DNA from: Cladosporium halotolerans
Lineage: Eukaryota
Assembly (NCBI RefSeq): GCF_011745625.1
Contig: NW_027191457.1
Span: forward strand, 620,001-684,000
Reading direction: 5' to 3'
Length of the DNA stretch: 64,000 bases
Each line of letters begins with the position of its first letter. Position 1 is the first letter of the stretch. A program made the translations under genes and the position numbers. Shown here in pieces: positions 49,597 to 62,885 of this stretch. Under the pieces are notes generated by a model, which was not told the origin of the DNA, did not search any database, and was given only the letters and a program-made list of their open reading frames with translations.

Positions 49597-51430
49597 ATGA
49601 TTCGCCCTTCGAACATGGCTTCGCGCGCCTCCACCCACGCCGCCTCTTCAGCGTACGAATCGCATCCCAGCCTCGCCGTGAGCATGGAAGACTTCGAAGC
49701 GCACGAGTTCTCGCCCACTGTCCCAGACCTCCCCTCGCAACACTCCATCTACCGCAGCGGCGTGTCGTCATACCAGTCGGAAACCAGCTCGACCAGGCGC
49801 TCAGCGTCGCCGCCCGCGTGGCGCAAAGCAGGAAGCGGATGGTTCAAACATCAGGGATCGCTGTCGCCTAGCCGGCAAGGATATCACAGCAGGGAGGGAA
49901 GCTTGGGGTACCGTAGCGCGGACGACGAAGGAGACGGCGACGAAGGCGAGGTCACAGTGTATCCGCTCCCGGCCCGCATACCTCTACCTGAGAGCCCTAC
50001 TAAAGGAAGAAGTCCTAGTCCTAGTCCCACGCCTTTCTTCGGCGGCGGTGAAGCAGTGCGAGCGTCAACAGCAGTGAATGAAAGACCGTCAACCCCGCCG
50101 CGGCAGGGCGTTGAATCCGAAGCGCCAGATCAGAAGACACCGACTCAAATGAACTGTAAGTCGCCACGCGCAACATCCTCCTTCACTCTCAATGTTCCTT
50201 TCCCTTAGTGTTTGCATCGCAGTCCTCCTAACGATGGCGCGTTGGCTAGACATCCGCTTTTCGACCTCGTTGGATGTGATACAACGGACAGAACCGATCG
50301 AGGCCGCCGTGACATGGGCGCGCAAGGTCACCCACCACGCCACCAAATCACGGCACAACCTTCTCCTCTACACCCTCGGCTCCCTTTTCTTCTACTGGTT
50401 GGCGAGCAACTTACTCTCAACGCCAATCAACACTCCGGCGCCCGACCTCGTCAAAGTAGCCGGTCTCGCAAAGTCCTTCGAGCCCGTAATCTTCTACTCC
50501 GAGCACGGTCACGCGCAAATCGAAGAACTCCACGACACCGGCGTCGCCGTCTGGGACCTCGGCGAGTCCGTCCGCTCGACCAACATGACCAGCGGCCCGA
50601 TCATCGTGCACCAGCTCGACGACCTCAGCGACTCGATGAAGACGCTCGCGATCGAAATGACCCGCTTCTTCGCCAGCGTCGACGCCGACGTCGACTCCAT
50701 CCTGCTCGTCATGGAGTGGGCGCAGCGCGAGCTCACCGCCATCTCCACCGCGCCCCCCAGCGCCATCTCTTCCATCTGGTCAAACGCGCACGGCCTGCTA
50801 ACCCGCATCGGCCTCATGAAAGACACCCCCCTGCTCCGCGACCTGCTCGGCCACACGCACGCGCAGCGCACCAAAGCGACGCTCGACCGCACCTTCCACG
50901 AGTTCCTCGGCGTGCTGGAGGAGAGCATCAACAACGAGCTCAGCCACTCGATCGCGCTGTTCGGGCTGTTCGAGGCGATCGACAAGCAGTTCCTGAACCT
51001 GCAGCGCACCGTCATCCGCGAGCAGGACCAGCAGGAGCGCCTCGAGAACGACTTCCTGTCCTCGCTGTGGACCAAGGTCATCGGCGTCAACGCCAGCCTG
51101 CTGCGCAAGTACCAGAAGAACAAGGACCTGCTGGCCTCCGTGCGCGACCGCACGGTGCGCAACAAGCACGTGCTCGTCGACCACAACCAGCGCCTGCTGC
51201 AGCTGAAGTCGAACTTGGAGATCTTGCGGCGCAAGCTGGTCAGTCCGCTTGTGAGGAGCGAGAATGGGAGCACGTTGAGCGTGGAGGAGCAGGTGAGGGG
51301 GCTGGAGGGGACGTATTCGCTGTTGAAGGGTACGAGGGAGGTGCAGAAGAGGAAGATGATGGAAATTGTGTATGGGAGTGGGTCGAGGAGGGGTGGGATT
51401 GAGGGGGAGGGGAGGGCGATTGAGGGGTGA
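49597..51430 (+). CDS. Conserved fungal hypothetical protein (disordered Ser/Pro N-terminus, one TM helix, coiled-coil C-terminus); exons 49597-50155, 50250-51430
   Basis: GTAAGT...CTAAC...TAG intron 50156-50249 joins two ORFs in frame (QMN-Y-IRFS). TM segment LLLYTLGSLFFYWLA. Strong codon bias. Confidence 0.75.
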
Positions 51431-52994
51431 TTTTTTTGTGGTTTGGTGTTTTATTGTGGCTTGGAGATTTTTGCTTGGGTTTCGCATGGCGTGAAGCTTT
51501 GCATGAGTTGGAACTTGAGCGTTCGGGTTGGGAAATGGAGCTCGTTGGAGTTGGATCGGTGGTTTCCTGCTTGGTGAAGGAGTTTGAGGAGGGGCTGGAT
51601 TGAATACCTTAGATTATGGAGGGTACACGCGGTCATGCGAAATGTGAAATGTATAGTCCTTACCCACTCCTTTATCGTGATCTCTATTCCATGGTCGTGT
51701 TTCCCTGCTCCCTTGGTGGCTTAAGTGAAAGAGTTCAACATGACTTCCTCAAGTGATGATAGACCTGCAAGGGGGAACGACGAACTGCTGGAAGCACGTC
51801 CAGCTCCTAGATCGTTCGACCGTGGCCAGTCTAGCTGCTTGGCCTACCAAGAAAAAGGCAACCAGCATATAGGACAGCAATAAAGCTGACATGCAACATC
51901 AAGAATAATTACGTCCACTTTGAGCTGCAGGACGAAAAAGCACAGCTCCAAGAAAGCTAGATATGTCGCACCTCAGGCACCCAACCCCCTCTCCTACCGC
52001 ACAGCCGCTTTGCCAAACATTGCCAATGCCAATAGTAAATAATGCCACGGCTGCAAAGCACCTCAAGCAGCGGTAGCAGCAGCACGTTTCCGCGCGCTCG
52101 AAACCCTAGGCCAGCACTGCCCCAACGTCGCTTGCATCGCCAGACACGAAGTCGCGGTGACATGCCGGGCGGCCGTTGCTTGTTTCACGGCCTCCGACGA
52201 CTCCGCTCCACATGGCAGGTCCAGGTTTTTGCTTGCGGCAGATCGCGCTGCGATGGCAAGCTTCGGCGCCGTTTGTGGAGCGGGCGAGGGCCAGGGAGAT
52301 TGTTCTGTGCTGCATTGGTGATGGGGTGCTGATGGGCTGGGAGGAAGTGTGATGGTTGACAACAAGGCCGCCTGTGTCACTGCCCAAGAGCATTGGCAGG
52401 CGGCCAGCAGCAGACGAGCACACCCACCTCTCTGTAGCTCGCAGCGACTCGCCCGATGCGCGCGCCTTGATTCGGCGCTGTTCTAGTCGCGATGCTTACT
52501 GGGGAAGTTTATCACTAGCGGCTGGGCTTGGGGCTGTGCAAGAGAGCGCGGCGTCATTCGTCCAGCCATCCTTTTTGCCAGCATCGCAAGAGCGCGGAGG
52601 GAGGTCAGGCCTGGCCAGCACATCCATCCATTGCCCGACCCAATCGTCCACCCACTGCTTGCCCTCTTCACCATCCACACTACTTGCCCGCGGCCATTGG
52701 CTTCTGCACGCACTGCGCCTCACTGACCCCGCTGTCCCACCCGCGCGCAACCTGCCACCAGCACCAGCACCGCCAGCAGCAAGCTTGCAGCTTACAGCAC
52801 CTACCAGCAGCAACCTCGCCGGCGCGCTCACCACGACAACGTCCGCGTAGATTGCCCATCTAACCCGCATCCGCAATACTCACGCGCCTTCTCAGCTGCA
52901 GGCCACGACCGACGCGCCGCACCACCACCGCGCCCTCGCAGTCAGCACTCCTGCGAGCCCCTACATCTACGCCGACAGCTCCCGCCCTCCGACC

Positions 52995-54771
52995 ATGAGT
53001 AAGTGCAGCTCCCTCTCCCCTTCAGTCCACCCCCCCCCCCCCCCCCCCCCCGGACCGGGCCTCGCACACTCTCCTGCACCGAAGCCGACCGGGCGCAGTC
53101 GAGTCTCGTCAAACAGTAGGCTTTGGGGCCCTGCCACTCGAGCCACCGCCCACGAGATTGCAAAGTCTTGGCCGGCCTCGGTGCTCGCAGTAGATCCTCG
53201 CCCTTGGTCGGGAGGCGTTTTATGCCATCATTGACCGGGCCCTGCTTAAACTCCACCCCATCGCCGCCGGCCCACACCGCGAAGCACACCTCACGCGCAT
53301 GTACTGACAAGACTACCATGAAGGTTCTGGCTTGAGCGGCATCAAGCGCAAGTTCAGCAAACACGGGCGCAACTTCAGCAACGAGGTCAACAACGCCAGC
53401 ATGCCAGGCCCAGCCGATCGCGAGAACGGGTCCGCCGACGAGCGCACGCCGCTCGTCCCCGGCGGCGGCCACTTGGGCAACCGGGCCCACCTGCATGGCC
53501 TCGAGGGCTCCGGCAACAAGCCGCTTTACCAGGACGACCGCGCCTGGGTGCGCTGGCCCATGAACTTCCTGCACCTCACCTGGGCGACGCTGGCGAGCAA
53601 CTATGTCAACGTCCTGCTGGTCTTCGTGCCGGCCGGTATCGCGCTGGGCGCGACTGGCGCGAACCCGACGACTGTCTTCATCATCAACTTCTTTGCCATT
53701 GTTCCCTTGGCGTCCCTGCTGAGTTTCGCGACGGAAGAGCTTAGTGTTAAGCTTGGACAAACCATTGGTGGTTTGATGAACGCGACGTTTGGAAATGCCG
53801 TTGAACTGATTGTAAGTGGTTGCTGAAGGAATACTGCTTTGTCGATTCACTAACACATCGTCCAGGTCAGCATCATCGCTCTGAGGCAGGGAGAAATCCG
53901 TATCGTCCAATCGAGCATGCTCGGCTCCATCCTCTCCAACATCCTCCTCGTCCTTGGCTGCTGCTTCATCGCCTCGGGCGTCAGGCGCACCGAAAGCACC
54001 TTCAACGAGACCGTCGCCTCGACCATGGCTTCCCTCATGGCCGTCGCCGCCACCTCCCTCATCATCCCCGCGACTCTCTACGCCTCCCTGCGCGGCAGCA
54101 ACGCCGACTCGGAAGACAACATCCTCATCCTGTCCCACGGCACCGCGATCATCATGCTGATCATCTACTGCCTCTACCTCTTCTTCCAGCTCAAGTCGCA
54201 CGCACACCTCTTCGACGCCGAAGCGCAGCAAGAAGGCGGCGACAGCGAATCCGAAGAGCCGCAGATCCTCGGCCCCATCGCCGCCACTATCTGCCTGATC
54301 ATCGTCACCATCGCCGTCGCCATCTGCGCCGAGTACCTCGTTGACAGCATCGACGCGATCGTCGAGACGGCGCACATCTCCAAGACCTTCATCGGCCTGG
54401 TCCTGCTGCCCATCGTCGGCAACGCCGCCGAGCACGTCACGGCTTGCGTCGTCGCCTACAAGGACAAGATGGACTTGGCCATCGGCGTCGCAATCGGCAG
54501 CAGCATGCAGATCGCGCTCTTCGTCACTCCCTTCCTCGTCGTCCTCGGCTGGGCCATGGGCCAGCCCATGACGCTGCACTTCCAGGGCTTCGAGACCGTC
54601 GTCTTTTTCCTGTCCGTCTTGGTTGTCAACTACCTCATCCAGGACGGCAAGAGCAACTACCTCGAGGGCTGCATGTGCCTCGGCACCTACATCATCATCG
54701 CCCTGGCCTTCTACGTCTACCCGGACGACGCGGGCGACATTGGCTCAATCGTCAAGGGCTTCTTCTCTTAG
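52995..54771 (+). CDS. VCX1: Vacuolar Ca2+/H+ exchanger (CAX family); exons 52995-52998, 53324-53811, 53866-54771
   Basis: GGLMNATFGNAVELIV, MLGSILSNILLVLG, LLPIVGNAAEH, AIGSSMQIALF and DGKSNYLEG alpha-repeat motifs. ATGA micro first exon followed by GTAAGT. Confidence 0.92.
53030..53051. repeat. Poly-C homopolymer (C22) in VCX1 intron 1
   Basis: Direct observation. Confidence 0.9.
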
Positions 54772-56022
54772 AGGGGGTCCGTTTCCTGGAGCGTCGGGTG
54801 GCTTTGAGTCGTGGCTTCGCTTGTCCTGGATTGATTGATTTGTTCGATTTCGTGGTTATCGCGGAGTCGAAGTTGTCAAGATGAACGGGCAAGGGGAGCG
54901 AAGCCGTTGGACGTTCATGGGGGCTGGGCGCGCAGACGCGTTCTCCACCGCGCGGACCGGGCGGCTTTGGGATGCGAGACCAGAACCAGAACCACCCGAC
55001 TTTTGATCTGGAAGGCCCAGATGGAAGAAAGACAGAAAAATTTCAAAACCAAAACACAAATCATTTCGCGGAATAGCGAATTTGAAACAAACTGAAAAAA
55101 ATCGCAATCCGCTCTGGTCTTTTATCGAGATCCAGATAACCAGTTATTACACTGGAGAGCAATTGGAGAAGGAAGGAAGCTGAGAGGAGCTCCCCCTCCC
55201 TCTCTCGAGAGAAAGACACCCACCCACAACCACACCGACCATCCACATCTACTCACTGTACCATGCCCAGCAGCTCAGCTGAAGACCAAAAATCTCCTTG
55301 TCGTCGTGTCACACCTTACCTACTTACCTCACTATTTATTAGTCGAAATTGCTTCCCCTTGTCTGTTCAGAATCTCCAACCAACCAACCAACCAAACTTC
55401 TCTTCTCGGTCCGCGCGCCTCTTATGTATTCCTGTATTTTACTCGAGCTACACTACTACTACTACTACCGAAAATGAAATCAAAGAAATCTCAAAAACTC
55501 CCCCTTCCCTACCGTGACGCCCAATTCCCGGCCATGCAGCACGACATCCGACAACCAAATCAATAACACTACCTCCTCGCTCTCACTTCCCCTTTCGATA
55601 CCGTCAAATCCCACGCGCATCAAACCAAGCAAACCCCCCAATTCCCATCTCGGAACCCTCCCTCCCTCCCTACCCGCCGCGCCCCTTCGCCTACCCACCC
55701 TCTCGCTTCGGCCAGCCAGCCGGCCGGCCGGCCGGTCCTGTCGCTTCCCTCGCTTCTCGCCGCGCGAAGGATTGCCGCTACGCGAGCGAATCGGGTCGCT
55801 GGCGGGCAAGGGTTTGTGCGTTTGCGGGTTTGGGAAGGAGGAGCGTGGAGGAGGAGCGTGAGGTGGTGGTGGGGATTTGGGGATTGGGGTTCTTGGCTGG
55901 GGCTTGCGGGCTTGGGGTTGGAGGTCGTGTTTTTTGGGGAGGAGAGGGCACAGCGGCGTTGGGGTTGGAGAGAGGGATGCGGTTGTGCGTTGTGTTGTGT
56001 GAGCAGAGAGCGGCGTGCGGAG

Positions 56023-56386
56023 GATTAGATTAGATTAGATTGGGTTCGATGAAGAGCTAGAGGGTAGACTCTGGAGGTCCTGGGTGGTTGTGGTGTGATA
56101 CAGTACAGTACACATGGCGTGACCCTGCCCGCCCGCCTATCCAGTAGTCGCGTCGCGCATCCTCCAATCCTTCCCAACCAGAGGAAGGCATGGCATGGCT
56201 GCTGACAGACGGAACGGACGTGCTCGCGAGATGCATCCTGCGAACCTGGTTTCTCAGAGTCAGAGTCAGGCAACGCAGGGCAAGGCAAGGCAACGCAGCT
56301 GTGGCGTGACGCGAACGACACGACACGAGAGAAGGCCGTATCGGCCTCGTACCTGATGTACAGCACAGCACAGTACAGTACAGTAC
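56023..56386. repeat. Cluster of short pentanucleotide microsatellites (GATTA, CAGTA/CAGCA, GGCAA, GACAC)
   Basis: Runs of 3-5 units seen at ~56023-56041, 56098-56113, 56278-56293, 56316-56327 and 56360-56386. Confidence 0.65.
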
Positions 56387-59300
56387 TTATTAGCCTCAAT
56401 TAGCGCAGCGCATGCAATCCTTCCCGAACCGGAAAGCACGAACGAAGGATTCGCGGGCGCGCGGCAAACCTGCTTTTCCCTAGTACAATTAAACATACCA
56501 GGTACGCCGAGCTGATGCAAATGATCCTGCTCCTGCGCGAAGGCAAACAACAGATAGGTACCATGCATGTAGGTAGGTATGCTCAGACGAGTCTGTCCGA
56601 TCACGCACGCATTTCCCCAACCCAGTCTCTGGAAACCTACCTCCCCTACACACAACAACAAAAGCCCTAACAGATCCCGCGCCCATCACATCCACGACCC
56701 ATCCTCGCCAAAAAGCGCGATCGCAATATACCTAACCCAACCCGCCGGCGATTAATGATCACCCAAGCTCAAGCGCGCGCGGGACGGCGCTTGGCCGAGG
56801 AGCGGCGACTCGACTCGACTCGCGAAGTCAAGCGAGGCTGCGGGTGGGGTTTGTTAGGGTTGGGTTGATTGTGCTCTGCGAAGGATTCGGGGCGGGCATG
56901 TCATGTCACTCGGCGGCCGGGCCTGGGGAGGAGTGAGGTGAGGTGAGTGTGAGGTCGCGGTAGGGGTGTGATGGGATCGGCTGTGCTGTGCAGCTGCGAT
57001 TATTCCTTCGTCGCGTCTCGGATGGAGGGTTTTCCGGGGAGTGGTTTTTGGCTGAAGGGGAATTGTGGGCATGATTGGGATGGAGAGAGGGTTCATTTTT
57101 TTCGTATGCGTGTTCATTGGGCTGCTGTGCTTTGCTGTGCTTGCTATACGAAGGTGAGGTGGTGCGGCGGATGGGCTGGATGCCGATGAAGCCGTACGAA
57201 CTGGGCTAATGAACGTTGCTGGGGCCGCGGAATTCCTCCTCGTGCTATCGCTGCTGCTAGAGAAGTCTGTACATGCTGTGCGGCGGCAGTGGCGGCAGTC
57301 TGGCCAGCAGAGCGAAAGAAACTGGGTCTCTGGGAGCGATTGGGAGGGAGGGAAACCTGGCTTCCTTCCTTCCTTCCTTCAGCTTTCGGGTGGGAAGGAT
57401 TCACACGACAGGAGACATGGCGCTCTCGCTCGCGTGGCCTGGAGATCTCCGGCGCGCGCGCGGCGCTGCACGCCTATTGCAGCAGGGCGGCCGAACAACC
57501 ACGGCAGAGACGAAGAAACTATCTTGAGTTGGCGGAAGCCACAAGAGCTCGGCGTCGCCGCCGCTGCCAGCGCGAAGTGTCGTCGGAGGCGTCTTGGCCT
57601 TACTTTCGTTTCAATATTATCATGGGCGAGCCTCTGACGCACTCGCGCACGGCTGCGGACTCCGGCGCTAGGCGCGGAGCGGTCAATGGAAGATTCCTTC
57701 GCGGGAGGCGTGCCCTGGAGCCTGTAGCCTGTAGGTTTGTTAGATTGATTGTTATTACTACGTACTACTGCTGCGGTGCTGCGCCAGGAGGGCTAGCAAA
57801 GCGAGGCTAGAGGGAAGTCCCGGGCGATCCTTGGGCTGCGACGTGGAAGTTTCACGACGCGTGCGCTGTCTCGTTTCGGCACATGCTCGTCATGGCGCAG
57901 GCGAGGAGGATCTGTGCTGGCAGTGTGAAGGATGATGATGGGCAGGGCGTGCGTTAATTAGGGAGGATTATTAAGGCGAGAGGCCCGCTGCCGGAAGTCG
58001 GGAGGAGCGACTGGCAAGCGATGTGAAAGAGTCTATGAACAGCACAGCACAGCACAACCTGACACACGATGATTTGAATTGCCGCGACGGAATTGGCTCC
58101 TGCGCGGTTGACTCGTGGGGCTGATTATCTCCGACGGGTGTTGAGTCGTGGAGAGTGGTGAGGGTCGTCGTATCAGGAGGACTCGAGGCGAGGCGCACAC
58201 GCGGTCGAGCGAGGGCGAGTGTTTTGAGGGCCCTGAAGTGGATGAGATGTACGTCCGGTAGTTGATCTGGCGCTGCTACCGGCACGGAGGCTCAACGGCT
58301 GCGTGTTCGGGATGCTCTCGCAATGCCACCAGGAGGCCGCTAATTGCCTCAGGCGGGCGACGGTGGACGGGCGGAGGGCGGGGCAGGTGTGGCGGTCTGC
58401 GGTCGTGTGCCTCGGCCGAAGCTCGCCGGCAGGGGCGGCAAGTCGTCTGAAGGATTTTGATGGGCGACGGCTGCAGCAGGGGACGGCGTGGGCGCGGTAG
58501 GGTTTGCGCTGGTGGGCGGATGCCGCGTGCGCGTTAAGCGAAAGGATCGCATCCTTCACGGAGAGCGCCGTGGGCGGCCGGCTAGCGCTGCACTCTAGAA
58601 GGCGGCGCTGGGAGAGGGCGTGGAAGGATCGCGCGCTAGGGTCATCTGTTCGAGGGCCCGCGATCTGTCTGAAACCACACGCCTGGGTCCCGCGACCCGC
58701 CTAGCCTGCTCTTGGGGGGTCTGCCGACTGCGAGCCCGCCGGCGCCGCGCGATGGATCGTGAGATTCACGGCGGGAGGGCACCCGTGTGTATCAGCGTGT
58801 CACCGCATCACACACCGCCCGTCGCTGTCCGCCCGAAGCGCGCACGCGAGGCCCACCGAGCAGACCGTCGATGAGATGGGGTGGGCAGTCGTGGATGTAC
58901 ATGCTAGCAAATGCCACTGCACGCAACTCAGACACACAGCACCTACGCATGCGCCGTCCCGCTCCCACGGCGCCGCGTCCGGGCCTCGCGAGTCTATGGG
59001 CCTTGGAGCCATCCATCGCGCGCGCCAACCTTGCGGTGCAGCCAGTGCTCCTGGTGCTGGTGCTGGCGCTGGTGTTGTCTTCGGCGTGCCGACCACTCTC
59101 GGAGCGCTCGGCATCCCTCCATCCATGCATCCATCCTCCTCGCGCTGGCGGCACACGGCAGGCCTGCGCTGGTGGCCGTTGGCGCCGCGGCCTCGTCGAC
59201 TCTGCTCAACCTGCGCGACCCGCCCGGCGCAGCGCAGTAGCCAGTGTTAAGCTCAGGGATCCCTCACGCCGCCGCGCGCGCCGATTTGGGAGTCTCGGAC

Positions 59301-60570
59301 TGCATACGAGCGCTACGAGGCGCGGCCGGCCTGCGAAGCCCGCCAGCGCCAGCGCCTGCGCCAGCGCCCCCACCCTACGTCAACCGCCGGCGGGCTGCCA
59401 TGTGTGCGCGCTAAGCAACGGCTCGAGCCATGTGGCAACGAATCTCCGTCCGGTACGCGGTGACGGTACCTCAGGGACAGGCCTGCGCGCCTGTCCGCCG
59501 AAGCTACGAGCTTCTGCCACCGCCCACGGCCTCGCGAGCCCAGCGCCTGGCGGGCGAGAACCAGCCAGCCTCGCCCTGTGTCTCGCAGCCTGCCGCGCAC
59601 CTATACCACATCTGCGCGCTGATACCGGCTCGTCCGGAGCCCACCTCCCAAAGCGGCAGCGGGTCCGCCGACGCGCGCTCGCGGGACTGCTCCTCGGAGG
59701 CGCGAGCAGGAAGGGAGGGCTCCAGGTGGAGGTACACACCTGTTCGCCTCGCAATGGTAGGGCTTGCTTGGCCCGGCGGTAGGTGGGTGGGTGCGCGGCC
59801 GCGGCGGGCTCAGGTATCGTGACCCGCAGCAGCAGCGGCAATAATGGAACGTCCCCCCAAGCGCGGCCCAGATGCTTGGTGATCCTGCTGGCGAGAGCAG
59901 GTCGGTGACGAGACTCACGCGCACCAGCACACTCAGCTGCGACTGGGCCTGCTGGCTCGGGCATTGGGATGTATACGGCCACGGCTTGGCGCGCGCCTTT
60001 CCTTGTCATGTAAGCCGACTTGTAACGGATTCGGTCTCATCGGCAGACGAGGGGCCCACCCGGTGCGCATGGCGAGTATGGGGGTTGGAAGCGATGCCCT
60101 ATTCCATTCGGGCCCGTCGTCTATTTTCACCTGCACCGATGACATGCGCGGTGCACGGCTCCCACTCTGCAGCATCCTTCAACCTCCGCCCTGCCGTCTC
60201 ACATCCCAAACGCTGTCGCCTCTCTTCCAAAACCTGACGTCGCCGCAACCTCCTTCCCCAAGGGCCCGGAGCGTCGATCTCTCTGCATCCGCAGCCCACA
60301 CACCCACACTACTTGCAACGGGCAATCTCTCCCTCGCTGGCCAACCCTCTGTCGATCGCTCCTCACAATTCGTCACTAACACCACTGATCGACCTCATCG
60401 GAGAAAACGTTAATCCTCTCTCCTCTTCTTCCACAAACCTTGGGTGAAACCGACCGTCCACATCCTCCCATCGACCACAATAACCCTCTGGCTTCGAAAG
60501 AACCAACCCACATCCGGTCTCAACCCTCCCGGGCCCAACAATCCACCACAACTCACATCCACAAACCGAC

Positions 60571-61329
60571 ATGTTATGGTACCAGACCTCACCAGACGCC
60601 ATGTCCGACCTCCGCGCCAAACTCGCCCTCGACACCACCAAACCAATCGAATACCTCTCCAGCAGCCCCTCCGCCTCGCGCCCCTCAAGCCGCAACTCCA
60701 CCCCCTCCCCCTGGCCCGCGCACACCCCCTCCCCCCTCGCAACCCCCACCGCCAACCCCCGCGCCTCGCGCGAGCTCCCCATGCCCGCCGTGCCCCGCAC
60801 CACCACCCTCACGCAATCCCAAGCAACGCTGCACCTCTGCAGCGCAAAGCTCAAGACCCTCTTCCGCGCCCTCCTCGACGCCCCGCCCGCCTCGCCCGCG
60901 GCGGCCGCCACGCTGGCCGAAATGCACCGCTTCCGCCCCTGGCTCGAGCAGTGGGAAGCCGCCTTCAGCGCCTTCCTCGCAACCGCCATGCCCGCCCTCT
61001 CGACGCCCGACGTCCGCCGCGCGCGCGTGCTCAAGGCCAACCACCTCAGCACGCTGGTGCTGGCGTCCGTGCGCGGCGTGCGGGACGTCGATTTCGAGCC
61101 CTTCGGCGCCGATTTCAGGGCGATCGTGGGGCTCGCGGCGGCGATTCTGGACGGCGACAGGGAGGCGTCCGGCACGCCGGAGGGGAGCCCCAGGGTCGAG
61201 ATGAGGGAGGTCGGCGTGCTGGGTGGGGAGGCGATGACGCTGGCGGATCCGCTGAGGGTTGTTGCGAGCTGCGCGACGGACGCCGGGGTTAGGGGTCGCG
61301 GGGCGAGGTTGCTGCAGAGGATTTCGTGA
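60571..61329 (+). CDS. Protein resembling the C-terminal regulatory region of fungal Zn2Cys6 transcription factors, with no DNA-binding domain seen
   Basis: Codon-biased 252-aa ORF. 'WLEQWEAAFSAFL...LKANHL...FRAIVGLAAAIL...PLRVVA' resembles fungal C6-TF C-termini (recalled, not searched). Start at 60571 or 60601. Confidence 0.55.
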   Translation: MLWYQTSPDAMSDLRAKLALDTTKPIEYLSSSPSASRPSSRNSTPSPWPAHTPSPLATPTANPRASRELPMPAVPRTTTLTQSQATLHLCSAKLKTLFRALLDAPPASPAAAATLAEMHRFRPWLEQWEAAFSAFLATAMPALSTPDVRRARVLKANHLSTLVLASVRGVRDVDFEPFGADFRAIVGLAAAILDGDREASGTPEGSPRVEMREVGVLGGEAMTLADPLRVVASCATDAGVRGRGARLLQRIS

Positions 61330-62601
61330 AGATGGGGTTGTTTTGCGGGTTCGATGACGGATCTGGATTTGAGGGAATGCGAGCTGGTGCGGGGCTCTTG
61401 CTCGGAGGGGTGAATGGGTATGCGCGACAGCTCATCCGATCTGGTTTGGTCTGAGCGCACTGGATTGGATTGGATTGGAGCGAATGGATCGAAGGGGTCC
61501 AGGCGCGTGCAACCTCCCCGCCGTGCAAAAAAACGGCGAACGCACGTCACCCAGTCGTCGGCGATGGTCTCGCGACCAGGGGTATCGCTCACCCTCGTAT
61601 AACGATGGCCCTAGCTGTTCCCTGGCAACTCTCGGTCGACGGCCCTCTTCGATTGAATACAAGATGGCCTTGTCGCAACTCGATGCTGCGTTGAACAGAA
61701 CGGCGCGACGGCTTCGTAATCCACACTGCCGTCGCCAATGGTCTCTTGTCAGCCGACGCATTCTGAGCGGAAGGGCATCGGCTGATGCTTGCGGGCAGTC
61801 CCTGCCCACTAAGGAAGAGACGCCAACTTCACGCTTTGATTGGCATCATGTACACTGGAAGAACGAGCGTCGTCCTATAGAGCGAACGAGGGATTGAAGG
61901 GAAGGGAAGGAAAGGACGGATGGAATCAGGAATTCAGCCGTATCATCGATACACCAAGAATGGGTTCGATCTTACGTGTCCGCAGACGGATGATTGGCTT
62001 GAAGGAAACAAGATAGCGCAATACAGATCCAGTGAGCGACTGGCGAGGAGCTCTGGCAGAGAAGCAGACGGAGAACCGACGATGCTATCATTGTACAAGC
62101 AGTTTGGTTGCATTCAGTGTTTGAGCAGTGAATCTACTATTGAAGGGGACTTTCAAGCCCCGCCGGAACTTCTTCGTCTCCATGTAATTTCTTGCTCTTG
62201 CATTTTGTCCGGACTGAATCATTCTCATGGCCTCACATCACTATGGGGTACGACTATACGACGACGACAATGACGACGACGAAGTCGTCGCGTATACATC
62301 ATTTAGAACAGCTTGATCCTCCCAACGACACGGATGACCGGAAACGACAATCCGACACATCCGCGCTTCTGCATCCTACCTGCATGAACCGACCCGCAAC
62401 CAGCGCTTGCATGAAACACATCCTGCAGACATAATTCACCAGTCCCTAATACAAACCGTTGAGGCCGTGCTTCCTTAATGCAAGAGGCGTCTCGAGTCAG
62501 GCTCGCCAGCCGCGCAGGGCGGGGTTCTTCATGCAGCTTGCAAGCGCTGCAGACTTCGGGGCGCCGACGGACGGCGCCTCCAGGAGCGACCGTCGTGCGA
62601 G

Positions 62602-62639
62602 ATGTGCATGCATGCATGCATGCATGCATGTGCGCGCAT
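62602..62639. repeat. (TGCA)6 microsatellite within a 38-nt alternating purine/pyrimidine tract
   Basis: atgtgcatgcatgcatgcatgcatgcatgtgcgcgcat seen directly. Confidence 0.85.
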
Positions 62640-62885
62640 CAGCAGAGCGCGAGACGCCTGGGGCTGAGAAAGGCAAAGTGAGCATGCCCTTCTTTTGGCT
62701 TCGGGACGATTTCTTCAGTGAAGGTGTTCGTGGCGGGACATGTTCCTACTCTAGTTCTATACTCACACATACATCCTCTGGATCCTCCCGCTGCAGAGCG
62801 ACGGGGCCGTACAGAGTCTTGTCCTTGGCCTAGCGTTCGAGCGTCGGTTCCGTTATTCTTACCATTCGAGGCGACTTTCAAAGCA

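Noticed and set aside
51753..51890. GTGATGA box C-like motif with a downstream CTGA
   Set aside because: No terminal stem, no internal boxes and no rRNA-complementary guide recognised.
52942..54579. 545-aa antisense ORF over VCX1 (similar long shadow ORFs overlie BOR1, PSY2, nrd1, the 50-51 kb gene and the CorA-like gene)
   Set aside because: Expected by-product of strong C/G third-position bias in the real gene. No recognisable domains.
58787..59782. 331-aa ORF and overlapping ORFs in the GC-rich intergenic region
   Set aside because: Non-ATG start and Arg/Ala/Pro-rich random composition in all frames. Typical of GC-rich non-coding DNA.
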